A stretch of 62,976 nucleotides of DNA, the filler included. It is 4 parts of 4 records of this genome, joined end to end, with 100 filler letters (N's around TTAATTAATTAA, not from the genome) between each part and the next. Parts side by side here need not be neighbours in the genome. Positions count along the whole stretch, not along the records: positions 10,213 to 25,428 come from SRR20825019_1767; positions 25,529 to 35,454 come from SRR20825019_1768; 2 more parts are not named here. The stretch is one strand, 5' to 3'. Of this stretch, positions 20,314-32,018 are shown in pieces. Every line of letters starts with the position of its first letter. Position 1 is the first letter of the stretch. The position numbers and the translations under genes were made by a program. Below the pieces are notes generated by a model. The model was not told the DNA's origin. It saw only the letters and a list, made by a program, of their open reading frames with translations, and made no database searches.

Positions 20314-21435
20314 TTACTCTTCCGAAGCGGATTCTTCTGATTCAACATCTGCCTCTTCATCCGTACTGGCTACTTGCTCTTCGGCTTCTGTTTCTGCTTC
20401 ATCAACCATTACAGATTCTTTAAAGGTTTTCTGCTCGGCCATCCAAGCATTGAATTCCTCTTCGGTCTCCACTATAATCTTCATCTGCATGTTATAGTGA
20501 GATTTTCCGCATATTTTATTACACAACAATATGTAATCGAATTCCCATGGATCATCGCCTTTTTGAGCACGTATGACATTGGTTCTTTTTACCTTATCCA
20601 CAACATCGGGATTCAATCGCATTTCTTCTGTTGTCACTGTTGGTGTAAATGAAAACTGTGTGATCATACCGGGAACACAGTTCATCTGAGCTCTAAAGTG
20701 AGGCATGTAAGCAGAGTGCAATACATCCTGCGACCTCATTTTAAAGTTTACCTTTCTTCCTACTGGCAAGTGCAACTCCTTTACGATAACATCATCCTCG
20801 GCATTAGGGTCGGATTCATCAATACCTAGAATGTTGGCATTTGCGATATCTATCAACCTAACATTGGCTTCACCAAGTACATTATCATCGCCGCCATACC
20901 TAGCGGTCCAGTTGAATTGCTGGGCGTAAAGCTCAACGATCAATGGATCATCATCTTCGTTGACATCCATAATATTGGTCCATGTGTATAATCCCCAAAG
21001 AATAAGACCAGCCAACACTATTACCGGAATAATGGTCCAGATAAATTCCAATCTGTCATTATCTGCAAAGAAAAGTGCTTTTCTTCCTGTTTCACCCCTG
21101 TACTTATACCCGAAGTAGTGCAACAATGCCTGAGTGATCGTCTGTACAAAGAATATGATTGCGAATGAAACCCACATCAACTGGTCATAATCACCACCAT
21201 GTTCGGATGCAGCTTCTGGAAGAAGCATTTTGGAGTACTTGGCAAAACTGAAAATTGTGATTCCGTAAATAAAGATCAGGAACGCGAACAACAAATATCC
21301 GTTGTTTTTGTTGTCGGAATCGTTGGCTATCTCAGAGCGTTCTGTTTTAGTTTGCGATAGTTCAAAAATTTTGGTCATCTGCCAAATCGCAATCGCAACC
21401 AATACTAAAACAGTAAATGTTAATAATGCAGTCAT
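20314..21435 (-). CDS. ctaC: Cytochrome c oxidase subunit II
   Basis: LEFIWTIIP, DVLHSAYMP and CuA motif CNKICGKSHYNM. Confidence 0.95.
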   Translation of the reverse strand: MTALLTFTVLVLVAIAIWQMTKIFELSQTKTERSEIANDSDNKNNGYLLFAFLIFIYGITIFSFAKYSKMLLPEAASEHGGDYDQLMWVSFAIIFFVQTITQALLHYFGYKYRGETGRKALFFADNDRLEFIWTIIPVIVLAGLILWGLYTWTNIMDVNEDDDPLIVELYAQQFNWTARYGGDDNVLGEANVRLIDIANANILGIDESDPNAEDDVIVKELHLPVGRKVNFKMRSQDVLHSAYMPHFRAQMNCVPGMITQFSFTPTVTTEEMRLNPDVVDKVKRTNVIRAQKGDDPWEFDYILLCNKICGKSHYNMQMKIIVETEEEFNAWMAEQKTFKESVMVDEAETEAEEQVASTDEEADVESEESASEE

Positions 21436-21468
21436 CGTATATCTATCTAAGACTTAAATCGTAATGTA

Positions 21469-22803
21469 TTAATAATGAAAATGTCTACTCTCCTCAATAA
21501 ATGGGTTTCGTTTGGGTTGTAATGGCGCCTTTGTCAAAGCGGTAAACACCCAGTAAACAAACAAACCTCCGAAGAACAAAATACCACCAATCTCAGGAAG
21601 ACCAATAAACCATTGATCTCCAACTGTTGCAGGCATTATCATATTAAATATATCCAAATAATGGCCAAAAAGCACCACAATACCGGTCATGATCACAAAC
21701 CAGTTGATTCTCTTGTAATCACTGTTCATAAGCACCAATAATGGGAACACAAAGTTAAGTACCAACATTCCGAAGAATGGGAGTTTATAATCTTGGAACC
21801 TTGCTACATAATAGGTAACCTCCTCAGGAATGTTTGCATACCAAATCAACATGAACTGGGCGAACCACAGATACGTCCAGAAAATACTGATACCGAACAT
21901 AAACTTGGCCAAATCGTGAATATGGCTGTTGTTCACATCCTCTAAATATCCTTTTGATTTAAGGTAAACGGTTACCATAGCTATAACGGTGATACCGGAC
22001 ACGAACATACTTGCGAACACATACCATCCAAACAAGGTACTGAACCAGTGTGGATCAACACTCATGATCCAGTCCCAAGACATCATGGACTCGGTTACAA
22101 GATAGAATACCAAGAAACCGGCAGACCATCTAAAGTTTTTTACGAAGTTGGTATTGTCATCCGATTCATCTTGAGCCAAAGACAATTTTCTTGAATATTG
22201 ACGGTAAAAAATCCATCCTCCCAAGAATATCGCGGCTCTGATCAAAAAGAAAGTAGGGTTCAAATATCCAGCCTTTCCTTGAAGCAATTCATCGTGTGCA
22301 ACTACTTCTGAATCCATCCACACAAAAAGGTGGTTCATGTGCATTGCAGAGAGCAACAAAATCACAAATACTATGATTCCTCCTGGAACCAAGTACGCCG
22401 TTATTCCCTCCATAACTCTAAAGAGCAATGGGGACCAACCTGCTTGGGCTGCACGTTGTATGGCATAGAATGCCAATACGCCCAATGATATCATAAAGAA
22501 AAAGAAGGCTGCTACATAAAGTGCGGACCATGGCCTGTTTTTCAACTGGCTCAACAAATGCTCGTCGTGGGAAGAATCGTGTTCCTCACCATGAGAAGCC
22601 TCTACTCCGTGGCCCTGATCTCCATGGCTTTCGGTGGCCGCTTCTGCATGCCCTCCTCCATGACCATCATCGTGAACTGCTACCATGGCCTTGGCTTCTT
22701 CCACAGTTGATGGGGCAGACATAAAACCAATTACAAGGAAAATGAATCCTAGCCCCATGGCGATGAAAGATCCTAGTCTAAGTTTGTTTGAAAAGGTATA
22801 CAT
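21469..22803 (-). CDS. actF: Alternative complex III subunit F
   Basis: Polytopic membrane protein with WDWIMSVDPHWFSTLFG and WYANIPEE. Position in the act operon. Confidence 0.88.
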   Translation of the reverse strand: MYTFSNKLRLGSFIAMGLGFIFLVIGFMSAPSTVEEAKAMVAVHDDGHGGGHAEAATESHGDQGHGVEASHGEEHDSSHDEHLLSQLKNRPWSALYVAAFFFFMISLGVLAFYAIQRAAQAGWSPLLFRVMEGITAYLVPGGIIVFVILLLSAMHMNHLFVWMDSEVVAHDELLQGKAGYLNPTFFLIRAAIFLGGWIFYRQYSRKLSLAQDESDDNTNFVKNFRWSAGFLVFYLVTESMMSWDWIMSVDPHWFSTLFGWYVFASMFVSGITVIAMVTVYLKSKGYLEDVNNSHIHDLAKFMFGISIFWTYLWFAQFMLIWYANIPEEVTYYVARFQDYKLPFFGMLVLNFVFPLLVLMNSDYKRINWFVIMTGIVVLFGHYLDIFNMIMPATVGDQWFIGLPEIGGILFFGGLFVYWVFTALTKAPLQPKRNPFIEESRHFHY

Positions 22804-22820
22804 AGTTTCTTCTTATCCTA

Positions 22821-23390
22821 TTATTTTGTTAGGTCTTCCTTTAACTTCATCACGTACTCGGACACTTGCCACATTTCTTCTTCGTTGGCAAATTGTGAGG
22901 CATAAGAGCCCATCGAGTTCAATCCATAATAAATAGTATGGTAAGTGGTTCCTACCGTAATATTTCTAGCTGGATCATCGTAGCTGGGAACACCCAATAT
23001 TTTTTCGTTCTTAACAAGATTGCCTTGCCCATCTCCTTTTGGTCCATGGCAAACGGCACAATAAATTGCATAAAGCTCCGCCCCTTTTACCAAATTTTCC
23101 TCTTGTTTCAAGGAATCCAAAGGACTTGTGTTCAATCTTGCTAATTCTTTACCTTCCGGAGTGTTTTCAAACTCATAGGGCATGTATCCTCTGGAAATGG
23201 TCCCTTCCGGTGGCAACATGGCTTCGGTCCCATCGGGGAACAATCCGTTGTCCACACCTTGATAGGCCTCATATCCTACAGGTTCGTACATGTTTGGCAT
23301 GAATTGGTAGTTTGGACTGTTCTTGTCCGCGCAAGATGCAGCGAAGATAACTAGTACCAAAACAACACTTATTTTACCTAATTGCTTCAT
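22821..23390 (-). CDS. actE: Alternative complex III monoheme cytochrome c lipoprotein E
   Basis: Lipobox AASC, YQFMPNMY, single CAVCH, distal Met in NSMGSYA. Confidence 0.88.
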   Translation of the reverse strand: MKQLGKISVVLVLVIFAASCADKNSPNYQFMPNMYEPVGYEAYQGVDNGLFPDGTEAMLPPEGTISRGYMPYEFENTPEGKELARLNTSPLDSLKQEENLVKGAELYAIYCAVCHGPKGDGQGNLVKNEKILGVPSYDDPARNITVGTTYHTIYYGLNSMGSYASQFANEEEMWQVSEYVMKLKEDLTK

Positions 23391-23394
23391 ATTA

Positions 23395-23922
23395 TTAAGA
23401 CTCCTTTTCTGTAACTTTTACTTCTACCGCTCCTGTTTCCCACAACAATTCGGCAAGTTCATTTTCGTTATCGTGCAAACCGATTTCCATCAAAAAGTGA
23501 TCATCGGTGGTACGCTTATCAGGGTTCTCGGCCTTTTTGAACGGCCACATTCTACTTCTTAGGTAAAAAGTGATCACCATTAAGTGAGCCGCAAAAAATA
23601 CCGTAAGCTCGAACATGATAGGAACAAAGGCGGGCATGTTTTCCAAGTAGCTAAAACTTGGTTTACCTCCAATATCCTGAGGCCAATCCTCGATCATGAT
23701 AAAGTTCATCATAACTACGGCGACGGTTAGCCCCAAACATCCGTAAAGAAAGGATGTGATAGCGATTCGTGTGTCCGCCAATCCCATAGCCTTGTCCAAA
23801 CCGTGAACCGGGAAGGGAGTGTACACTTCTTCAATATGATGGTGCTCTGCCCTAACCTTTTTTACGGCATGCATCAACACATCATCGTCGTTGTAAAGTG
23901 CCTGTATAACTTTTGACGCCAT
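23395..23922 (-). CDS. actD: Alternative complex III subunit D (DUF3341)
   Basis: YTPFPVHGLD, WPQDIGGKP and PAFVPIMFELTV. Confidence 0.9.
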   Translation of the reverse strand: MASKVIQALYNDDDVLMHAVKKVRAEHHHIEEVYTPFPVHGLDKAMGLADTRIAITSFLYGCLGLTVAVVMMNFIMIEDWPQDIGGKPSFSYLENMPAFVPIMFELTVFFAAHLMVITFYLRSRMWPFKKAENPDKRTTDDHFLMEIGLHDNENELAELLWETGAVEVKVTEKES

Positions 23923-23924
23923 AA

Positions 23925-25428
23925 TTATTTTTTATCGTTTAACAACTTTGCCTGACCAGCCCAATCATCGCGTTGTGCACGCCCTGGAAATCTCCCAGTA
24001 ATCGAGTCTAGCAAATCATATTCTCTTTCGGTCATTCGAGCGACCTGTGCATAGGTAAATATGCCTATTTCGTTTAAGGTACGCTCCATTTCTGGGCCTA
24101 CTCCTTTAATCTTTTTAAGGTCGTCCGGCGTTTCGGTGGTGGAATCAAACGTTCCGACTGCGCTAAGCAATTCATCAACCCCTACTTTATCTCCTACCAT
24201 TGGTACAGGTTCGCCCATTAAAACATCATCGGTAATCGGTTCGCTATAAGTAACTGTTCTACTCACACCTTGTGGCATCACATATAACGGTTTACCTGAA
24301 TCCCTAAGCGTCTTATATTTTTCTCCGGATGCTTTCAAGATTGATTTTACCTCTGCCTGAGCAATTACAGGGAATGTTCTGGAATACAACAGGAACAATA
24401 CAAAGAAGAATCCGATGGTTCCCACAAAGATTCCTATATCCACAAATGTTGGGGAGAACATGGTCCATGAGGATGGCAAGTAATCTCTATGCAACGAGGT
24501 AACAATGATCACGAAACGCTCGAACCACATCCCTATGTTTACCACAATAGAAATAAAGAAGGAGAACATGATACTGGTACGTAGCTTTTTAAACCACATG
24601 AACTGAGGCGAGAACACGTTACAGGTCATCATGGACCAGTAAGCCCACCAGTAAGGTCCCGTAGCCCTGTTCAAGAAGGCGTACTGTTCGTACTCAACCC
24701 CAGAGTACCAAGCAATGAACAACTCCGTGATGTAGGCACATCCTACAATGGAACCTGTAATCATGATTACAATGTTCATCAACTCAATATGCTGTACTGT
24801 AATATAAGCTTCAAGACTACACACTTTACGCATAATGATCAAAAGCGTGTTTACCATGGCAAATCCAGAGAAAATCGCACCGGCAACAAAGTACGGTGGG
24901 AAGATGGTGGTGTGCCATCCTGGAATTACCGAAGTAGCAAAGTCAAAGGATACAATCGTGTGTACGGAAAGTACAAGTGGCGTTGCCAAACCTGCCAATA
25001 CCAAGGATACTTCCTCAAAACGCTGCCAGTCTTTAGCTCTTCCTGTCCAACCGAAGCTCAACAAGCTGTATATTTTCTTTTGGAACGGTTTTACCGCTCT
25101 ATCACGAATCATAGCGAAGTCAGGCAAAAGACCTGTCCACCAGAAAACCAATGATACAGAAAGATACGTTGAAATCGCAAATACGTCCCAAAGCAAAGGT
25201 GAGTTAAAGTTCACCCACAAGGAACCAAATTGGTTAGGGATCGGAAGCACCCAGTAACCCAACCATGGACGACCCATGTGGATAATCGGGAACAACCCTG
25301 CCTGAACAACCGAGAAAATGGTCATCGCCTCAGCAGAACGGTTGATTGCCATTCTCCACTTTTGACGAAAAAGCAAGAGTACAGCTGAAATAAGTGTACC
25401 TGCGTGACCAATACCTACCCACCATACA
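23925..25428 (-). CDS. actC: Alternative complex III subunit C (NrfD family) with C-terminal HhH extension, 5'-truncated
   Basis: [40 protein letters not shown] and [14 protein letters not shown]. Tail [11 protein letters not shown]...DDW..QAK. Confidence 0.92.
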
Positions 25429-25528
25429 NNNNNNNNNNNNNNNNNNNNNNNNNNNNNNNNNNNNNNNNNNNNTTAATTAATTAANNNNNNNNNNNNNNNN
25501 NNNNNNNNNNNNNNNNNNNNNNNNNNNN
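25429..25528. other. Artificial contig spacer
   Basis: N run containing TTAATTAATTAA at 25473-25484. Confidence 0.98.
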
Positions 25529-28500
25529 TGGTAGCCCCGTCATCACCAATCTTGTTCTCGTCGAGCTTCAACTCGGTCAAAGACGTGTTGTCCTGGACGG
25601 AAAGCATGACTGAGCACGCAAAGGCCTAAAAACACACAGTGGAGTTCCAACTTCACACTACCTTCAGCAGCAACACCATCAGTCTGGCATCACACGCAGT
25701 CAAACCTGCTTGACTTAAATCCAAATCATGATATCGGTACTTCTCGATCTGGAAAGAAGGGAGTCTTAGTTTACACGGACGCCAACAACACATAAAAATA
25801 AAACGCTCGCTTACAAACTTGAATGGCTCACGAACCATGGCACCATGTGGTGCAAACATGGCCCGCGCCTTGACGTCCTCGGCAAGACCCCAGAAGCGCT
25901 CATCCACGCGCTGCCCAGTGACTTCTTTCAAGTTCGAGCAATGCTGCAGCAGGAGCGTGGCGCACTCGTGGTCGAGGTCGCCCATCTCGGTGTCGCCCAT
26001 CTGTAGCGTCTCCAGCTTCTTCAGCTCGGGAATGACGTCCCGGAACGACGGACCCACGAGTCGGCCGAATTGGAGGCCAGAGATGTCGAGTTTGGTGGCG
26101 TCGGCCAGCACGCACGATCCCTTGAGATCGTCGAACCCGCGCTCGGACACGGCCAGTCCCAATGTTTTGTAATCGTCCAAACACGTCCCCACCAGCTCCT
26201 GGTAGGCCTCCTTGCACACCATCCCGGCATAGAACGCCGCCACCTGGGTCATATCCAGTGTCGACACCAGGTGTCGGATCGGTTGGCCAGCTTGATCTGG
26301 GAATTTCCAGGCCGCTCCGCCCGATCCGTCATCCTTGGCACCCGCCGCGAGGTATCTGAACCTCTCCGCCTGGTCACCCGTGGCCGCGTTTTCGTGGAGC
26401 CGGTGGAGCTCCTTGGCGGCAAAGTACTCCTGGAAGGTGAGGTGCGCGAACCTGTAGGACCCCACCACGTTGCCTTCTGGAGACACGGCCTGGTGCACGC
26501 ACGGCATTAAGGGCGCCTGGCCCATCCGGCTCATCGCCTCGAGGTGTTCCCATAGCTGCACGTATCCCCCACCCGGCTTCTCGTTGTCCAACGCCTGGGC
26601 CACCTTCAGCCCATCACCGGAGCTGATATCGCGCTGCTTCGCCACGATCTGGCGGGCATAAGCGAGCCGCTGGAGGAGTTCGTAGACCTTCTCCGCGCCC
26701 TCAGGCTGTGTGGAGGCGGCAGCATCGGACTTGCGCGCCTGCTTCAGCCTGCCCAGGAACATCTGGATGGCCCGTTCGTAGACCTGTCGGCGGTCCGCGG
26801 GCAGGGCGGTGAGTTCCGCGGTCGTCGTGCAGATGTGGATGAGGAGGACCTAAACAGGGACGCATGAGCACACGGGCATTGCATGTCATTAATTGTGGAT
26901 GGGGCACTTACCAGCAGCAACGGGGACTTGGCGAGGTTATCGTATACGGGGTTCTCGCGCATCGACTGCAGAAAGGATGCGGCCATGGGTCCCGGCAGCC
27001 TGTTCTTGACGATCTGGTCCTGCATACCCGCTGACAGGGGCACCACGACGGCCCACTGCCAGATCGCCTCTAGCTTCTCCAGCGCACCCTCCGCGTCTTC
27101 CTCTTCTTCCTCCTTTTTATCCGGGGTAAAACGTCCGCCAACCGCGCGAACATCCTCTCCAGACTCTTGTCTGTTAAAAACAAAACCCCTGGTAAGCTTA
27201 GTCCCTGGCCGGCCCCTCCCGGTGGAGATCGGTTTTCTAACATCTCCCTGCCCTGGCTGCGGCTCGGGCTTACGGGGACGCTGGCCGAACCACGCCTTGA
27301 GCGTTTTGAGGTCGACGGGCCGCGAGGTGACCACGAAGCGGCCCTCGAGGGCCCGCAGGACGTACTGAGCCACCCTCTTTTTGTCTTGATCGCCGATCTC
27401 GTCCAGCCCGTCCAGCAGATACAGCACCCGGGCCTTCTTTTGCGCGACCTTGTGCCCGTCCTGCATCTCGCTCCCGGTCCCGTAGATGGCCCCCAGGTAC
27501 GTATCGATGACATCCCCGTCCCACCCGCGGCCCTTTGCGTTCAGCTCCCGCACGAGGTCCACGAGCGGCACGTGGATGGTGACCACGGGCGGCGTGTCGG
27601 GCGACTTGTCCTGGGACATGCAGCCCAGCACGGTGATCATCTTCTGGAGCACAGTCTTCCCGCTGGCGGCCGTTCCCAGCACGAGGACGGCTCTGGCGGA
27701 GTCATGATCACCGCGCAGGATGTAGTCGACGGCATCGTGGGCGGTGCCGCTGTGGCCCAGGTGGGTGAGGTCGTTGATCTCCTTGGCGTCGGTCCGCAGC
27801 TTCTTGCGCTGGTCGTCGCTGGTAATGCACACGGGGACGCACTGCTCGAGCAGGTCGAGGGGCTGGCCGCTGATGGGGTCGATCAGCGTGCGGTGGTCCT
27901 CCACCATGCGGTACTGCAGGACGCCGAGCACGCGCGTGTCGCGTTGCGCATCCGTCTCCGGCACGGGGGTTACGGGTATGGCGGTGGCCTCCACGTGGAG
28001 CAGCTGCTGCATGAGCGCCATGGCAAGCTCGGCGGCGCCGTCCCGCTGCTCGGTGGCGATCTCGGAGAACGAGAACACGCGCACGGTGAATGCGAGGAGG
28101 GAAACGGTGTACTCGCGGCGCATGTCGGCGGGCCATTCGTCATGGGAGGGGTCGCCTTCGAATTCGTCCCTGATGGGCACCCAGTCGGCGCCCTGCGGCA
28201 GACTAAAGTACCTGTACACGCAGCTCCGGAGCACGCGTACGAAAGCCAGGGTCTCCACCAGCGCCGGGGCCTTGATCCCCGCGTCGCCCAGGTTGTCAAA
28301 CCCCACGCGCGCGAGGAGCCGCAGCATGCTCACGTATTCCTCCCATGTGTCGGCCGTCACCTCGAGGTACTCGAACAAAAGGCATGTCTCCTGCAACGGA
28401 CGTTGTTTAGCGCGCATTCGTTGCGTGTAGTGCCGGGCGTACCATCTTGGCCAGGTCCGCAAACACGCCGCCCTTGACGTCGCACTTGGCGTTGTCGATG

Positions 28501-30509
28501 ATGAACACGCTCGTGTGGCTATCGATGATGACGTTGCGGCCGTTGAGGTCCCCATGGATTAGTGCAGCGACCGACTGAAGCTTCCGGCTCTTTGTCCGCG
28601 GCGTCCTGGGGGCATCCAGGAGACGCCGGGCGAGCTCGACCACACCTTTATCCGCGAGTCGTTTCTGCACGGCCTCCGTGGTGTTCGACTTGCCCGGCTT
28701 CAACTTGTCAGCCTCGCGCAACACGAACCGCCGGATATTGTTCTCCATCTGCACCGTCCGTACACCGTCAGCGACCCACCATGGCAGGCACACAAAAGCA
28801 CGCGCACCTTGTACAGCTCCTCCACGGGTGTGTCGCACCGCGCAAAGTGCCGCCGCCGGGGTTCCCACATGGCCTTCCCAAACACCTCCATGAGGACCAT
28901 GCGCGCGGTCACGCCGGGTGGGGTCCACGGCCGCTTCCCATCTTTCGCATCGGCACCGGTTGCGGCACGCACGAGGTCCCGCAGCTCACACAGAATCACA
29001 TCTCCCTGCACACACGCATTCTCAATGCGTGCCCCACACGCGCACCCCATACGCTGCCTCTTCAGCACACAGCCCTTCGCCCCCTCAGTTACACACGGCG
29101 CCCGTACCTTCATCATGTCTGGCATGAAGTAGTGCGCGCCGACCAGCTCGATGCCCATGGCCGCGCGTCCGGTCCCCTCCACGAGCGCCATGAACTTTGG
29201 CGAGTACAGCGGCATGCACTCGGAGAGCAGCTTGGACTTCTCCCCCTCGTCCTTGAGGTCCTTCATGTTGTCGAGCTTGATCACCAGGGGCGGCCGGGGC
29301 TTCCCGGAGGTCTCGTCGTCGCCGTACACGGCCGTCACAATCGACCCGCTGAACCCCCCGTGCAGCTTCCGGTACCGCACGCCCTCCACCCGGATATTGT
29401 ACTCCACGCACGCCCTCTCCAAGAGGTCCCGGTCCTGCTTCGCGAGACTCTCCGCGTCCGCCATGTCCTTTTTGGCCTCCTCGGGGTGCTCACACACGTT
29501 GACGTCGGTATCCCTGCGGCATTTCATGCACATCTCGTGCCTCCCGGGCAGCAAAGCCTCCCACTCGGTGATGCTCACGGGCTTGGTCCCGCCGCCCTCC
29601 GTGATCGGGTGCAGACACAGCATTGCACGCTCCTCGGCCTCCCAGCCCCAGAAGTGCCACCCGATCTGCCATTTGGCACAGGTCAGCTCCCACCACCATT
29701 TCACACAGCACACCAAACACGATTACCTGGCCGCCTCCACCCTCCTCTTGGGTGCTGAACATGCCGTGCGTCCGGACGCCCTTGATCTCCGCGCAGACAT
29801 CGTGCAGGTGATACTCGGTGGCCAGCCCGGGATACGACGGCGAGTCCTGCTTCTTCATCAGGACGTGGGTCGCCTTATCGTACACCTTCTCGATCCCCTC
29901 CCACGGCGGCAGGGCCTCCAGGCGCACCTGCACGTCCGACTCGGGGATTCCCAGCTCCTCCATCACGCCGCGTTTGGCAGCCTGCAGCGGATCTTCGCCG
30001 GGCTTCATCTTCTCCGAGAGGAACTGGTACCGTTGCCGCGTGCGGCCATCCTGGAGCCGTTGGTACAGCTCCAGCAGCACGTGCCGCTGCTTCTCGCCTC
30101 TCAACTCCTGCGCATAGACCCGCACGCTCACCACGTGCACCACGCGGCACAGCTTTTGGTCCTTCTCGACCAGCTCACACTCCCCCATGGCCATCTCCTT
30201 CGCCAATGCCGCCACCGTCTTGGCCTTCCCGGTCCCCCATTCCGCCACAGTGATGCCCCCCGCCTCCAGACGCTTCCTCAGGCCCTCCTCCTTGTCCATA
30301 TCCTCGGCCATCTCCGTATGCCCCCACGGTCCTGATTGCGCGGTACAGGTACCACGGGAAGTTCCACAGGACGTGACACGGGTCGCGTGCGGGCTGGCCG
30401 GTGATGTCGGCTTGGATCTGCGCCCCTCGGGCTTGGGCACGTCCGCGAGGCCCGGGTCCTCGAGCGGCTCCTCCTCCTCCTTCTTGCCGAACCTGGAGTG
30501 CAGCGACAT
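25529..30509 (-). CDS. Multi-exon NLR-like protein: Nudix-like + APH/TCAD9-like kinase + NACHT + LRR, 3'-truncated
   Basis: Exons 30509-29727, 29665-29108, 29005-28808, 28748-28443, 28390-26912, 26849-25815, 25748-25662 and 25592-<25529 are joined by GT-AG introns. Motifs: SEKMKPGE..AAKRGVMEELG; GGFSGS, LVIK, HGDLNGRN, DLAKME; GTAASGKT, LLDGLDEI, VTSRP, SPLLL, FAHLTFQEYFAA; NTSLTELKLDENKIGDDGA. One more intron near 27170-27270 is possible. Confidence 0.85.
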
Positions 30510-32018
30510 ACCTATCGCGGGGTGGGATTCCGCGCGTGGTAGCACCAGACAAGGAGCGATATATATAGTATATATCGTGGCACACCGGGTCCGGTCGGGT
30601 CAGCACAGCATGGTGCCACGGAGTCTGCCACCTCAACTCACTTGTCGGCGCCTCAAGGGCTCACGGCGGGGCGACAAACAAAACTCTTTACTGGGTAGTA
30701 TACCGGTTTTTGCATGCCGAGTTTGGTCGTAGATGATCAGTACCCGGGGTGGCCCAGTATGGGTGTGGGGGTCGGAGGGGTGGGTGGTCCGCGGTCACTG
30801 GCAGGCAGAGCCCGGGGTGCCCGGCCGGGGGCGGCCATCCGTTGCGCGCAAGAGGTTACTCGTGGCCCGGCCTAGGCGAAGCCGTTGCGGCTCTCCGGGT
30901 CCCCGTGCGTGGCCGCGCGGGCGGGCCCGCCGCGCGACGCGCGAGACACCCTTCCTCAGCTGGATTCTAATAATTCAAGTCCCGCGGCGCCCCGCCGCCG
31001 GTGAGCCGTTCCGGTCCGCGCACTGCAGCCCGCGACGGGCCCTGGCCGCTCATCAGAGTCTCACTCGCCCCCCGGCCGGCCTCAAAGGACCTCAAACAAG
31101 CTGTCGACTCCTAATAGATGAGAGACTACAAAGCGGCTTTGAACACGACATGATACTCTAAGCAGACAGATTGATTGAGGTCCGACCGGAGGACCGGCCT
31201 GCTCTCCCGAGCGAGCCGGGCGACCGCGCGTGCGTGGCCGGGGTGTGATCACCGGTTCAGTTCCGCGCCGAACTGGCGCTAGTCACAGGCGCGGAGTCAG
31301 CGAGCCTGGGCATGTGCCTGTGAGAGGGTCGCCGTAGGCACTGGACACCGACGGACAGGCGGCTTTGACCAAGACTGCGACTGTCGTGACAGCGAACCTG
31401 ACGCGACTCGGAGGCAGTGTCACCAGTCTCGTCACTCGTTCCGGTTACAGCCCGAACCGAGGCCAAGACAGAAATCATCATGACATCGCTAGGTGCCACT
31501 GAGTATCGCTATTTATATTACACTAGACCCCTCACTGGGCGCAGTCTTCTTGTTGAGTTTCGCACCTGGTTACCACGGCCGGCATTCCTGGGTCCCCAAT
31601 ATTTGTGTCCCAGCTTTCACAGGAGGCCCCATACCTTACCATCCCGTGGACGACCAAGTGCCCTACAAAGCTCAGGCACAAATAGTGCACATTCCAACAA
31701 ACCTCTGTGCAGACGACGGGCGCCGCTTGCTCAGGTTCGCCTGTTGACATGGACGGGGCCCGGGCCGAATTCATAAGTTTCCCAAACGAGTCGCCGCGTC
31801 CAAGTGCAACCAGACCATGGCAAGCGTTGCGTTGCACCCGGAATCACGGATCTTCCACGTCCCACGCAATGTCTGTACAGCGCAGTCTGCGAATTTGGAG
31901 CGCGCGGCCCTCTACTAGGAACCATTGGCCTGCTGACCTACCTGTGGCCGATAGCTGGCATGCAGTGGAATTGCGAGCTTGGCCGGATCAACATGCCGCA
32001 GCATACTTGCATTTGCGC

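Noticed and set aside
23925-30509. Apparent linkage of bacterial respiratory genes to the NLR-like gene
   Set aside because: Separated by an artificial spacer; different organisms.
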